Below, piece by piece: positions 49,221 through 58,014 of a stretch of DNA of 63,731 bases. Position 1 is the first letter of the stretch. Every line of letters starts with the position of its first letter. The DNA comes from Candidatus Omnitrophota bacterium. Lineage in GTDB: Bacteria; Omnitrophota; Gorgyraeia; Gygaellales; JAMWDD01. The notes under the pieces were generated by a model, which was not told where the DNA came from, did not search any database, and saw only the letters and a list, made by a program, of their open reading frames with translations. Made by a program: the position numbers and the translations under genes. Where the stretch lies: positions 1 to 63,731 of the forward strand of contig JAQUNK010000005.1 of the NCBI GenBank assembly GCA_028717645.1. Direction: 5' to 3'.

Positions 49221-49650
49221 CAGAAAAATAATTTTACGTATTATCGACGCTAATGCCAACCGGGTGAAGGAAGGCTTGCGCGTCTGTGAAGAAACAGCGC
49301 GCTTCGGTTTAAATAGCTCTACGCTTACTTTACAATTTAAGAAAATACGGCACTCACTCGACGACATTATCAATAAACTGCTCGGTTCCAAGGTAAATAT
49401 GATCCTGGAGCGTTCAAGCGATAAAGATGTTGGCCGTAAAATCAGCAGATTCGAATTCAGAAGAAGTGATCTCACGGACATATTCTTAGCGAATATTCAA
49501 CGGGTAAAAGAATCCGTCAGGGTACTAGAAGAACTTTCCAAACTAAAGAATAGAAAAGCAGCTCTTAGGTTAAAAGAGGCACGTTATCGGATTTATGAAC
49601 TGGAAAAAATCGTCGTTAAGAGAATCCGGGCTTTGCATCATTCTGGATAA
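49204..49650 (+). CDS. ThiE-associated N-terminal-type domain protein (recalled as Pfam 'ThiD2'; unverified)
   Basis: RIIDANANRVKEGLRVCEETARF...ANIQRVKESVRVLEE...ARYRIYELEK resembles the domain fused N-terminally to ThiE in several bacteria. Confidence 0.5.
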   Translation: MFKDFDRKIILRIIDANANRVKEGLRVCEETARFGLNSSTLTLQFKKIRHSLDDIINKLLGSKVNMILERSSDKDVGRKISRFEFRRSDLTDIFLANIQRVKESVRVLEELSKLKNRKAALRLKEARYRIYELEKIVVKRIRALHHSG

Positions 49651-50233
49651 AGACGTCTGCCGCGACATATTCAGCGTCGCCAGAAAAATAAAAAATACCG
49701 GGTTATGCCTGGTGCAATTGAGGGCGAAAAATACCCCTAAAAGAGAATTACTGGCAACCGCCAAAAGGCTTAATTCATTATTTAAGAAGAGCCGAGTTCT
49801 TTTCATTATCAATGACCATGCGGATATAGCACAGCTGGTAAATGCCCATGGCGTGCACCTGGGCCAGGATGATCTACCCGTAAAGCAAGCGCGTAAATTC
49901 CTGGGAAAAGATAAGATTATCGGAGTATCCTGCCATAACTTAAGGCAGGCCCAAGCAGCAGAGAAACAAGGTGCCGACTATATCGGCCTCGGACCAATAT
50001 TCAAAACGCCGGTAAAAATAGAAGATAGGCCGATCGGTTTAGGTGTTTTAAAAAAAGTCGAACAAAAAATAAAGATACCGGTTTTTGCCATCGGGGGGAT
50101 AAACCGGAATAATTTAAGCAAAATCTTGTCTACCGGGGCATCGCACGTTGCGCTGTGCCGGGATGTCTGCCTGGCTAAAAATATCACGCTCTCCATAAAA
50201 GGGCTGAAGAAAAATTTAAATGACACTGATTGA
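49595..50233 (+). CDS. thiE: Thiamine-phosphate synthase
   Basis: LCIILD, VHLGQDD, GADYIGLGPIFKTPVK and FAIGGI. Overlaps the upstream ORF by 56 nt in the +1 frame. Confidence 0.85.
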   Translation: MNWKKSSLRESGLCIILDKDVCRDIFSVARKIKNTGLCLVQLRAKNTPKRELLATAKRLNSLFKKSRVLFIINDHADIAQLVNAHGVHLGQDDLPVKQARKFLGKDKIIGVSCHNLRQAQAAEKQGADYIGLGPIFKTPVKIEDRPIGLGVLKKVEQKIKIPVFAIGGINRNNLSKILSTGASHVALCRDVCLAKNITLSIKGLKKNLNDTD

Positions 50234-51503
50234 ATCTGCCAAAAAGAATAAAATAAACGAACTGATAAGAAGCGTTTCCCACCAGGAAAGCCTGTCTCTG
50301 GATTACTTACGCAAACACATCTTAAGCGGCGAAATAGCCGTATTTAAAAACAAGAACCACCGTCTAAAAAAAATGTGTGCCGTGGGTAAGGGTCTAAAAA
50401 CCAAGATCAATGCCAATATCGGCACCTCCACAAAAAAACCAAACTTAAAAAAAGAACTGAAGAAACTGGAAATCGCGCAAAAATTCGGCGCAGATACGGT
50501 CATGGACCTAAGCGTAGGCGGTGACTTAAAAAAAGTCCGCCGCGAAGTTTTAAAATACAGCGATATACCCGTCGGTACAGTGCCGATCTATGAAGCAGCA
50601 GTAAAAACACAAAAGAATAAAGGCACATTCTTAAAAATGGAGCCTGATGAGCTGTTTGCCGTTCTTGAGGACCAGGCTCAAGAAGGAGTAGATTTCTTTA
50701 CGCTGCATTGCGGGATAACCAGGCACAGCCTTGAGCTCTTTAAGAAAAATAAGCGCCTCTTGGACATTGTCAGCCGCGGTGGGGCAATGCTGGCTTCCTG
50801 GATGTCCCATAATAAAAGAGAGAATCCGCTTTACGAGGATTTCGACCGTGTCCTGGATCTGGCGCACAGGTATGACATTGTTTTAAGCCTAGGCGATGCC
50901 CTCAGGCCCGGATCGATATTCGATGCTACCGATAAAATCCAAATCTCGGAATTAAAAGTACTCGGCGAACTTACTGCCCGCGCGCATAAAAAGAATGTTC
51001 AGGTAATCATCGAAGGCCCTGGCCACGTACCGTTAAATCAAATCGAGAAGAATGTAGCTTTGGAAAAAAAATTGTGCCATAAAGCACCCTTTTATGTCCT
51101 AGGGCCATTGGTAACCGACGTAGCCTCCGGCTACGATCATATCTCTTCGGCGATAGGCGGGGCGCTTGCCGCTAGTTTCGGCGCAGATTTCTTATGCTAT
51201 GTTACCGCCTCTGAACACCTCAGGCATCCGTCGGCAGAAGACGTAAGGGAAGGGGTCATTGCTGCCAGGATCGCCGCGCATAGCGCCGATATCGTGAAAG
51301 GGATCCCTTCGGCGCTAACATGGGATAGAGAAATGTCCCTGGCCAGAAAAAAAAGGAACTGGCAAAAACAAATAAATTTTTCCATTGACCCGGTTAAGGC
51401 AAGGCTGTATAAAGGCCACCTGAAAAAAAATCCCGTAGATGTCTGCACTATGTGCGGCAATTATTGTTCCATCAAATTAATGGAGGAATGTCTGCGGGTG
51501 TAG
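50220..51503 (+). CDS. thiC: Phosphomethylpyrimidine synthase
   Basis: 427 aa. DTVMDLS, EGPGHVP and C-terminal CTMCGNYCS cluster motif. Confidence 0.95.
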   Translation: MTLIESAKKNKINELIRSVSHQESLSLDYLRKHILSGEIAVFKNKNHRLKKMCAVGKGLKTKINANIGTSTKKPNLKKELKKLEIAQKFGADTVMDLSVGGDLKKVRREVLKYSDIPVGTVPIYEAAVKTQKNKGTFLKMEPDELFAVLEDQAQEGVDFFTLHCGITRHSLELFKKNKRLLDIVSRGGAMLASWMSHNKRENPLYEDFDRVLDLAHRYDIVLSLGDALRPGSIFDATDKIQISELKVLGELTARAHKKNVQVIIEGPGHVPLNQIEKNVALEKKLCHKAPFYVLGPLVTDVASGYDHISSAIGGALAASFGADFLCYVTASEHLRHPSAEDVREGVIAARIAAHSADIVKGIPSALTWDREMSLARKKRNWQKQINFSIDPVKARLYKGHLKKNPVDVCTMCGNYCSIKLMEECLRV

Positions 51504-51564
51504 TTCATCGGTAGAACACCAGCTTCCCAAGCTGGATAGGAGGGTTCAATTCCCTTCACCCGCT
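51494..51564 (+). tRNA. tRNA-Gly (anticodon CCC)
   Basis: Folded by hand: acceptor GCGGGTG/CACCCGC, D-arm GTTC-ATCGGTA-GAAC, anticodon arm CCAGC-TTCCCAA-GCTGG, T-arm GAGGG-TTCAATT-CCCTT, discriminator T. No encoded CCA. Confidence 0.9.
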
Positions 51565-51587
51565 TTTAGTTTTTGAAAGAGGTATTT

Positions 51588-52241
51588 ATGAAAATGATGC
51601 CGAGATTATTATTCGCGTTCTTTTTGCTTTATATTTTTGGCTGCGCAAGCGTACCGCCCGCGGGTATGAAGACTCAGGGCGTACCGGGCATCTACCATCG
51701 CGTAGAAAAAGGCCAGACCCTCTGGAGCATTTCTAAACTATACGGCCTGGACCTGGATGAATTGGTCAGGGTAAATAATCTTTCAGGCAATTCCCGTATT
51801 CAGGCAGGGCAAACACTGTTTATCCCGAAGAAGATAACCGGCCTAAGGGCAGCCTCAGGCGTAAATGAAGATTTTATCTGGCCGGTAAAAGGCTCTGTAT
51901 TGACCTATTTCAACCAGTCATCAGGCAGCGTCCTGAGCAAAGGCCTGGACATAAAAGCGAATTACGGCAGCCTGGTAGCGGCAGCTAAAAGCGGAAAGGT
52001 CATTTTCTTAAGCGATGACCTAAGAGACTTCGGTAAAACATTGATAATACAGCACAATGAGAACTTCTCCACAGTTTATGCCAGGAATTCGGAAATACTG
52101 GTCAAGCCGGGAGACAATGTCAAGCGGGGCCAGATCATCGCCAAGGTAGGCATATCCGGCAGAGATAATATTCCTTATTTGCATTTCGAGATCAGAAAAA
52201 AACATATACCGCAAAACCCTTATTACTATTTACCGCAATAA
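51588..52241 (+). CDS. nlpD: NlpD-like lipoprotein: LysM plus degenerate LytM (M23) domain
   Basis: Lipobox IFG-C. LysM (YHRVEKGQTLWSISKLYG). The M23 HxxxD reads SKGLD and HLHFE reads YLHFE, so Zn/catalytic His residues appear substituted. Confidence 0.75.
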   Translation: MKMMPRLLFAFFLLYIFGCASVPPAGMKTQGVPGIYHRVEKGQTLWSISKLYGLDLDELVRVNNLSGNSRIQAGQTLFIPKKITGLRAASGVNEDFIWPVKGSVLTYFNQSSGSVLSKGLDIKANYGSLVAAAKSGKVIFLSDDLRDFGKTLIIQHNENFSTVYARNSEILVKPGDNVKRGQIIAKVGISGRDNIPYLHFEIRKKHIPQNPYYYLPQ

Positions 52242-53861
52242 ATGGAAACTTTTTTTGCCAGAAAAAACTATTTAGAGATCATCGCCAAGCGTGCAGAGGG
52301 CCTGAGGCAAGGCTTCAGGCAGAATATCGCTATCGTCGCAGATGAATCTCTCGGGAAAACTTCGCTGATATTGAATTTCTTAAAAAGCTTCTACGATAAC
52401 CACGTCATCACGGTATACCTAGAGATCAAGCAGGAACCACTGGATTATTTCCTGAGGCGTTTTATCGGAGCACTTTTATATAATTTTCTCAAGAATAGCG
52501 AATTACAACTCAAGGAAGACCTAGAATACCTGATCTCTAAGTCACAAAAATATATACCCCAAACAGTCGAAAAAATAAGGGCGATCCTGGAATCAAAAGA
52601 AAATAACAGGAAAGATTTTGTTCTGAATAACCTCTTGGGCCTCTCTGAAAGCATAAATAAGGAAACTTCCAAGACCTGCCTGATCATCTTCGATGAATTC
52701 CAGAACCTGGAGAGCCTGGGTGTTAAGAACCTTTATAAGATCTGGTCCAAGGCCTTGATTTCGCAAAAAAATACCATGTATATACTGCTTAGCTCCGCCA
52801 AACACAGGGCAAAGCAGATACTTTCCAAGAACCTATCGCTGCTGTTCGGCAATTTCGAAACGCTGGAAATGGAACCTTTCAGCCTAAAAGAAAGCGATGA
52901 GTTTATCCAAAAGTTTATCCAGCCCTTAGGCCTTGCAAAATGTTACCGCAGCTTCCTCGTGCATTTTACCGGCGGGCATCCTTATTACCTTAAGGTCATT
53001 TGCCAGGACCTTTTGAAAAACTTCGCCGTCTCCGGAGAAGGAAAAGAGGTATCCGAAGAAATACTGATCCTGTCCCTTAAAGAATCGCTGTTCGACGAAA
53101 TGGGCGTCCTGAACTTAAGGTTCTCTAACCAATTGAAAAATTTCGCCGCAGAAGGCCTGAACCAGGAATACGCCCGTATACTTTATCTTATATCCTCGGG
53201 GCATAACCGCATCAAAGACCTGACCACGGGCCTACGTAAACAAAAGAAATACCTTATCCCAAAAATAAACCGGCTGGTAGAACTGGACATACTCCAGCAT
53301 TACGGAGATTTTTTCAAGATAGGGGACCGGTTATTCAGTTTTTGGCTGCGTTTTGTTTACCAGGAAAAGAATTCCACATTTAGTGCCGATGCCAGAAATC
53401 AGGTCAACCTTTTCAGGAATAAGATCGTAGAAATGATGCAGGAATTCCTTAAGGATTCCCACCGGCCGGTGCTCAACCGCATGCTAGAGCTACTGCAATT
53501 ATTCGGAGACGAATCCATTCCTATGGATAGAAAGAGGATCAAGCTTACGCAATTCAGAGAGATCAAGCCTTTGCGGTTCAGCGGAAAATTCATCAAAGAT
53601 GGCCTACTGGGCAGATCCTGCGAGGATCTGTGGATAGTTGCACTGAAAGACGGCTCGATCACGGAAGAAGACATAACGGAATTTGCCGTGGAATGCAAAA
53701 AATATAAGAGCAACCGGATGCAGAAAAAGATCATCGTCTCACCCATAAGTATTGATTCAAATGCACGCTTAAAGGCCCTGGAAGAAAAAATATTGACCTG
53801 GGACCTCGATAATCTGAATTTCATTCTCGACCTGTTTAATAAATCACGCATTGTCGTATGA
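52242..53861 (+). CDS. Archaeal-type ATPase (PF01637-like) with C-terminal DUF234-like module
   Basis: Walker A-like ADESLGKTSL, Walker B CLIIFDEFQ, C-terminal DLWIVAL...FAVECKKYK (the EID...ECKW pattern of DUF234). Confidence 0.6.
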   Translation: METFFARKNYLEIIAKRAEGLRQGFRQNIAIVADESLGKTSLILNFLKSFYDNHVITVYLEIKQEPLDYFLRRFIGALLYNFLKNSELQLKEDLEYLISKSQKYIPQTVEKIRAILESKENNRKDFVLNNLLGLSESINKETSKTCLIIFDEFQNLESLGVKNLYKIWSKALISQKNTMYILLSSAKHRAKQILSKNLSLLFGNFETLEMEPFSLKESDEFIQKFIQPLGLAKCYRSFLVHFTGGHPYYLKVICQDLLKNFAVSGEGKEVSEEILILSLKESLFDEMGVLNLRFSNQLKNFAAEGLNQEYARILYLISSGHNRIKDLTTGLRKQKKYLIPKINRLVELDILQHYGDFFKIGDRLFSFWLRFVYQEKNSTFSADARNQVNLFRNKIVEMMQEFLKDSHRPVLNRMLELLQLFGDESIPMDRKRIKLTQFREIKPLRFSGKFIKDGLLGRSCEDLWIVALKDGSITEEDITEFAVECKKYKSNRMQKKIIVSPISIDSNARLKALEEKILTWDLDNLNFILDLFNKSRIVV

Positions 53862-54346
53862 AGATAGGCATTATTTCCGATACGCATATTTCACAAAAAT
53901 CCGAGCATCTGCCTAAAAAGATACTGGATGAATTTAAGACTGTAGATATGGTCCTGCACGCCGGAGACCTGATCAGCCTTTCGGTACTGGATGAACTAAA
54001 AAAGGTCTGTAAAACGGTCTATGCCGTGCGCGGGAATATGGATACTCAGGAAGTGAAACAGAAATTGAACGAAAAAGAAATCATCCAGGCCGGAAAATAC
54101 CGCATCGGGCTGATGCACGGCTCGGGAAATCCCGCCAAGCTTATGGAATTATTGAGCGATGCCTTCCAGCAGGACAAAGTGGACGTCATTGTTTTCGGGC
54201 ACTCGCATTACCCTGTAAATGAAAAAAGGAAGGGTATTCTTTATTTTAACCCCGGTAGTGCGATGGATAAAGTATTTGCCGAGTACAATTCTTATGGTAT
54301 ATTGGAAATTAACGGATCAATTAACGCTAAGATCATAAAGTTATGA
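53858..54346 (+). CDS. YfcE/MJ0936-family metallophosphoesterase
   Basis: IGIISDTH, HAGD, GNMD and GHSH motifs. ATGA overlap upstream. Confidence 0.85.
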   Translation: MKIGIISDTHISQKSEHLPKKILDEFKTVDMVLHAGDLISLSVLDELKKVCKTVYAVRGNMDTQEVKQKLNEKEIIQAGKYRIGLMHGSGNPAKLMELLSDAFQQDKVDVIVFGHSHYPVNEKRKGILYFNPGSAMDKVFAEYNSYGILEINGSINAKIIKL

Positions 54347-54825
54347 AAACAGACATCCTTTGGGCGCCCTGGCGCATAAAATATATCCAAGGAAAAAAGA
54401 AAAAAGGCTGTATATTTTGCGCCGCAGTAAAGGGCAAGAAAAATTTTGTCATTATCAAGAATAAGCATTCTTTTTCCGTGCTGAATACGTTTCCTTATAA
54501 CAACGGCCATGTGATGGTCTCACCCAACCGCCACGAAAGCGAACTTGAGAACCTTTCTGAGAAAGAAGTATTGGATTTATTTAAAACCCTGTTACAAACC
54601 AAGAAGTTGCTGGATAAGGTCCTTAAACCCCATGGATATAACGTAGGGATAAACCTAAAAGAGGTCTCCGGTGCCGGAGTCGCAGGGCACCTGCATATTC
54701 ATCTCGTACCACGCTGGAAGGCAGATACGAATTTTATGCCCATCTGCGCAGAAACAAAGGTGATCTCCCAATCCTTAAACGAACTTTATAAAAAGCTAAA
54801 AAATGCTTACACAAAACCAGATTAA
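54343..54825 (+). CDS. HIT family nucleotide hydrolase/phosphorylase (Ap4A-phosphorylase-like N-terminus)
   Basis: GHLHIHLVPR histidine triad. N-terminal APWRIKYI...CIFC. Confidence 0.85.
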   Translation: MKTDILWAPWRIKYIQGKKKKGCIFCAAVKGKKNFVIIKNKHSFSVLNTFPYNNGHVMVSPNRHESELENLSEKEVLDLFKTLLQTKKLLDKVLKPHGYNVGINLKEVSGAGVAGHLHIHLVPRWKADTNFMPICAETKVISQSLNELYKKLKNAYTKPD

Positions 54826-55966
54826 AGAGTACGAAGACAAATACCTTGCTTCTTATGCGGCAAAAAGCAGCCTCTCGAAAGGCAGGGATTATAAAGAACC
54901 GGAACATCCTTACCGTTCATGCTATCAGCGCGACAGAGACAGAATAATCCACTCGGCGGCCTTCAGGCGCCTGGAGTATAAAACTCAAGTATTCGTCATC
55001 CATGAAGGCGATTATTACCGTACCCGCTTGACGCATACACTGGAAGTTTCTCAAATTGCACGCACTATCGCCGCCGGACTTAAATTGAACGGCGACCTGG
55101 TAGAGGCGATCGCCCTGGCACACGATTTAGGGCACACGCCTTTCGGGCACGCGGGTGAAGAGGCCCTTAATGAGCTCATGCAGGGCCACGGCGGATTTAA
55201 CCACAATGCCCAAGGCCTAAGAATAGTTACGCGCCTGGAAAGTAAATACCCGGAGTTTCCCGGCCTCAATTTAACCTGGGAAGTGAGGGAAGGGATAGAA
55301 AAACATACTTCTAAGTACGATGCCGGCGTAGAAAAAGGAAAACTCGACCCGAATAAGATGCCGACCCTCGAAGCACAAGTAGTGGACATCGCCGATGAAA
55401 TAGCCTACGATAACCATGACCTGGACGACGGCCTGACCTCCGGCCTGCTGGAAGAAGGGGATTTAAGAAAGGGGATCGAACTCTGGGATATTGCTTACAA
55501 GCAAATATATAAAAAATACGGCGAGCTGGATAAGGAAAAAATGAAATTCCAGGTGATCAAATCACTGATCAATAATCAGGTTACGGACCTGATCCAAGAA
55601 ACAGAAAACAGGATAAAAAGGCTGAATATAAACTCCGTACAGGACGCTAAGAGCCTCAAAAAAAGAGTAGTAAACTTCAGCGATTCCATGCAAAGTTTAA
55701 GAAACCCCTTAAGAAAATTTTTATCCGAAAAACTATATAGTAACTGGCGGGTATTTCGGATGTCAAACCGGGCAAAAAGGTTCATCCAGGGCCTTTTTGA
55801 TGTGTATATAGACAAACATAATATAAAATTGCTGCCGCCTCAATTAGTAAAAAGAATAGCCGAAGATGGCCAGCATAAAGTTGTCTGCGATTATATCGCA
55901 GCAATGACAGATAGGTGCGCATTAGATGAGTATAAAAAGTTATTCGATCCTGACGAAAAAGTATAA
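54803..55966 (+). CDS. dGTP triphosphohydrolase-like HD-domain protein
   Basis: FRRLEYKTQVF, RLTHTLEVSQIAR, LAHDLGHTPFGHAGE and DIADEIAYDNHDLDDG. Confidence 0.85.
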   Translation: MLTQNQIKEYEDKYLASYAAKSSLSKGRDYKEPEHPYRSCYQRDRDRIIHSAAFRRLEYKTQVFVIHEGDYYRTRLTHTLEVSQIARTIAAGLKLNGDLVEAIALAHDLGHTPFGHAGEEALNELMQGHGGFNHNAQGLRIVTRLESKYPEFPGLNLTWEVREGIEKHTSKYDAGVEKGKLDPNKMPTLEAQVVDIADEIAYDNHDLDDGLTSGLLEEGDLRKGIELWDIAYKQIYKKYGELDKEKMKFQVIKSLINNQVTDLIQETENRIKRLNINSVQDAKSLKKRVVNFSDSMQSLRNPLRKFLSEKLYSNWRVFRMSNRAKRFIQGLFDVYIDKHNIKLLPPQLVKRIAEDGQHKVVCDYIAAMTDRCALDEYKKLFDPDEKV

Positions 55967-56993
55967 GGCAGTCGTTTCAGCAATTCATAGCATGTACCGG
56001 CTGGTAATCTCCACATTTAACCTACATGATCTGATCATGCGCCTCTCTAAGACCCTCTGCCAAATCTTCAACGCCCAGTATTGCATGATCATGCTGGTTG
56101 ACCCGACCCGCCAATATTCGGTTTTAAAATGTGTGGTCAAAAAGAAAAAAATAACGGTAAGCGAAAAAAAGTTGCCTATCCTAAATAAAATAGAAATGAA
56201 TATCGTGAAGAGTGCCACTTCGTTAAGGCATAATCACGGCCTGTATATTCCGCTTATCGCCGAAGATGTCATCGGCCTCATTTATATCAGCCGCGAAAAG
56301 AAAGAAAAGCCTTTTGATGTATACGACCAGGAAATAATGATGACACTAATGGAGCCCATGGTCATCGGAATAAGGAACCTGCAACTTTATAAGGAACAAG
56401 AAAAAATAATCATGGGTAGCATCAAATCGTTGGTGACGCTCCTTGACATAAGAGTACCCCAAGAATACACGCACTCCCCGTATTTCAGCCGCCTGGTCTC
56501 GGCCATAGCCCATCAGATGCAGATTGACGATCGCTCCGTACAGAGCCTGCAATACGCCAGCATGCTCCACGACGCGGGTAAGGCAGACATCCCGATGGAG
56601 ATCCTTACCAAGACCACAAAACTGACTGCCAGAGAAAGAATGATCATCAAACATCATCCCGTAAAAGGCGTAGAAATGCTCAGGCACCTGCAGATATTGA
56701 AACCGGCGATCCCTATCATCATGCATCATCATGAAAAATTTAACGGCACCGGATATCCGTCGCGGCTAAAAGGAAAACAGATCCCCCTGGGCTCACGCAT
56801 CATGGCAGTGGCGGATGCTTTTGAAGCCATGGTTTATGGCCGGCCTTATCGGGAAAGAATGACCATAGAGAATGCCTTAAATGAAATCAAAAATAAGAGC
56901 GGTACACAATTTGACCCGGTTGTGGTTGAGGCGTTTTTAAAGATAGCGAAGAAATTAAATTTAAAAAAATACTTGAAATACAACGTAAAATAG
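55926..56993 (+). CDS. GAF domain plus HD-GYP domain protein (putative cyclic-di-GMP phosphodiesterase)
   Basis: N-terminal GAF-like region, MLHDAGK (HD), HHEKFNGTGYP (HD-GYP). The start may instead be the ATG at 55992. Confidence 0.8.
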   Translation: MSIKSYSILTKKYKAVVSAIHSMYRLVISTFNLHDLIMRLSKTLCQIFNAQYCMIMLVDPTRQYSVLKCVVKKKKITVSEKKLPILNKIEMNIVKSATSLRHNHGLYIPLIAEDVIGLIYISREKKEKPFDVYDQEIMMTLMEPMVIGIRNLQLYKEQEKIIMGSIKSLVTLLDIRVPQEYTHSPYFSRLVSAIAHQMQIDDRSVQSLQYASMLHDAGKADIPMEILTKTTKLTARERMIIKHHPVKGVEMLRHLQILKPAIPIIMHHHEKFNGTGYPSRLKGKQIPLGSRIMAVADAFEAMVYGRPYRERMTIENALNEIKNKSGTQFDPVVVEAFLKIAKKLNLKKYLKYNVK

Positions 56994-57031
56994 GTAAAAT
57001 AAATATAGAGTATTATAAACTAATATAAAAG

Positions 57032-57709
57032 ATGCAAAAGAAAGCCGAACAGTTAGAAATATTTTCCAGCAATAATAATTATGCCCATCCTAAACCCAGG
57101 GAGCATCGGCTTTCATTTTTAACCCGCATCCGGGCCTACGAAAAAATCATTCTCGCTGTAATCAGCCTGTTCATTATGGGATTGATTTCTTTTTCTCTCG
57201 GAGTTGAACGCGGAAAAAAAATAAGTTTACGTAGGATTGACTCCGGACACCTGGATCTGGCAATGATGAATAGAAGCGAGGTTTTACCGCAAAGTGAACC
57301 AGTACCGGCAGCATCACAACCCCAAAAAATAGAACTACCGAGAAATGAAAAGATCCAACGCGTTTTGCTTCCGGTAAAACAGCTCGCAGCCGTAAAGCCC
57401 AAGGCCAATAAACCAAAAACCATGCCTAAACAAAATATTCAAACCAGGCAGGATAAAAAGGCTGAGCAGGTCCAAAAAACAGAAATTAATTCTTCGGCAT
57501 ACACCATACAAGTTGCCAGCTTTAAAGCAAAGAATGAGGCATTAAAGGAGGTGGAGTCACTTAAGAAGCGAGGTCTTGCATCGATCGTTTTGAATAAAGG
57601 CAGCTATCTGATCGTCTGCGTAGGAAACTACTCCAGTAAAAAACAAGCTTTGATCTCTCTGGAGAAATTAAAGAAAAATTATCAAGATTGTCTACTAAGG
57701 AGATTATAA
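57032..57709 (+). CDS. SPOR domain membrane protein
   Basis: TM (IILAVISLFIMGLISF), Pro/Gln/Lys linker, C-terminal YTIQVASFKAKNEALKEVESLKKRGL SPOR fold. Confidence 0.75.
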   Translation: MQKKAEQLEIFSSNNNYAHPKPREHRLSFLTRIRAYEKIILAVISLFIMGLISFSLGVERGKKISLRRIDSGHLDLAMMNRSEVLPQSEPVPAASQPQKIELPRNEKIQRVLLPVKQLAAVKPKANKPKTMPKQNIQTRQDKKAEQVQKTEINSSAYTIQVASFKAKNEALKEVESLKKRGLASIVLNKGSYLIVCVGNYSSKKQALISLEKLKKNYQDCLLRRL

Positions 57710-57710
57710 C

Positions 57711-58001
57711 ATGTCGATACATCCGTCATTAGGTTCTTCAGAAAAAGGTAAAAAACATAGAACGGTCTTAGGCCGCGGCGAAAGGTTAAAAATGATGCTG
57801 GATAAAGGCCAGTGGAAAGAAGGCGACAAAGTCTTTGGCCTGCCAAAAGTAAAAATAGTCAGAATGAAAATAAAGAAAGAGAAGGCAGAAAAAGTCGCAG
57901 CTGAAGGGACAGTCGGCGCAGCACCAGCAGCAGCGGCAGCGCCTGCAGCAAAGCCAGGAGCAGCAAAACCGGGAGCCGAAGCAAAAACCGGTAAAAAATA
58001 A
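57711..58001 (+). CDS. Small basic protein (recalled as TIGR04137-like) with Ala/Pro/Lys tail
   Basis: MSIHPSLGSSEKGKKHRTVLGRGERLKMMLDKGQWKEGDKVFGLPKVK resembles the 'small basic protein' family of PVC-group bacteria. Confidence 0.5.
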   Translation: MSIHPSLGSSEKGKKHRTVLGRGERLKMMLDKGQWKEGDKVFGLPKVKIVRMKIKKEKAEKVAAEGTVGAAPAAAAAPAAKPGAAKPGAEAKTGKK

Positions 58002-58014
58002 CTTTTTAAAAAAA

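Noticed and set aside
51494-52241. The tRNA-Gly considered as an integration hotspot or genomic-island boundary.
   Set aside because: I noticed no integrase, no direct repeat of the tRNA 3' end and no phage or transposon genes downstream. The neighbouring genes are ordinary envelope and nucleotide-metabolism genes.
54803-55966. dGTPase homologue considered as an anti-phage defence island.
   Set aside because: The flanks have no mobile-element genes, restriction or abortive-infection hallmarks, or tRNA-integrase junction. dGTPase-like proteins are also common housekeeping enzymes. It is kept only as part of the broader operon observation.
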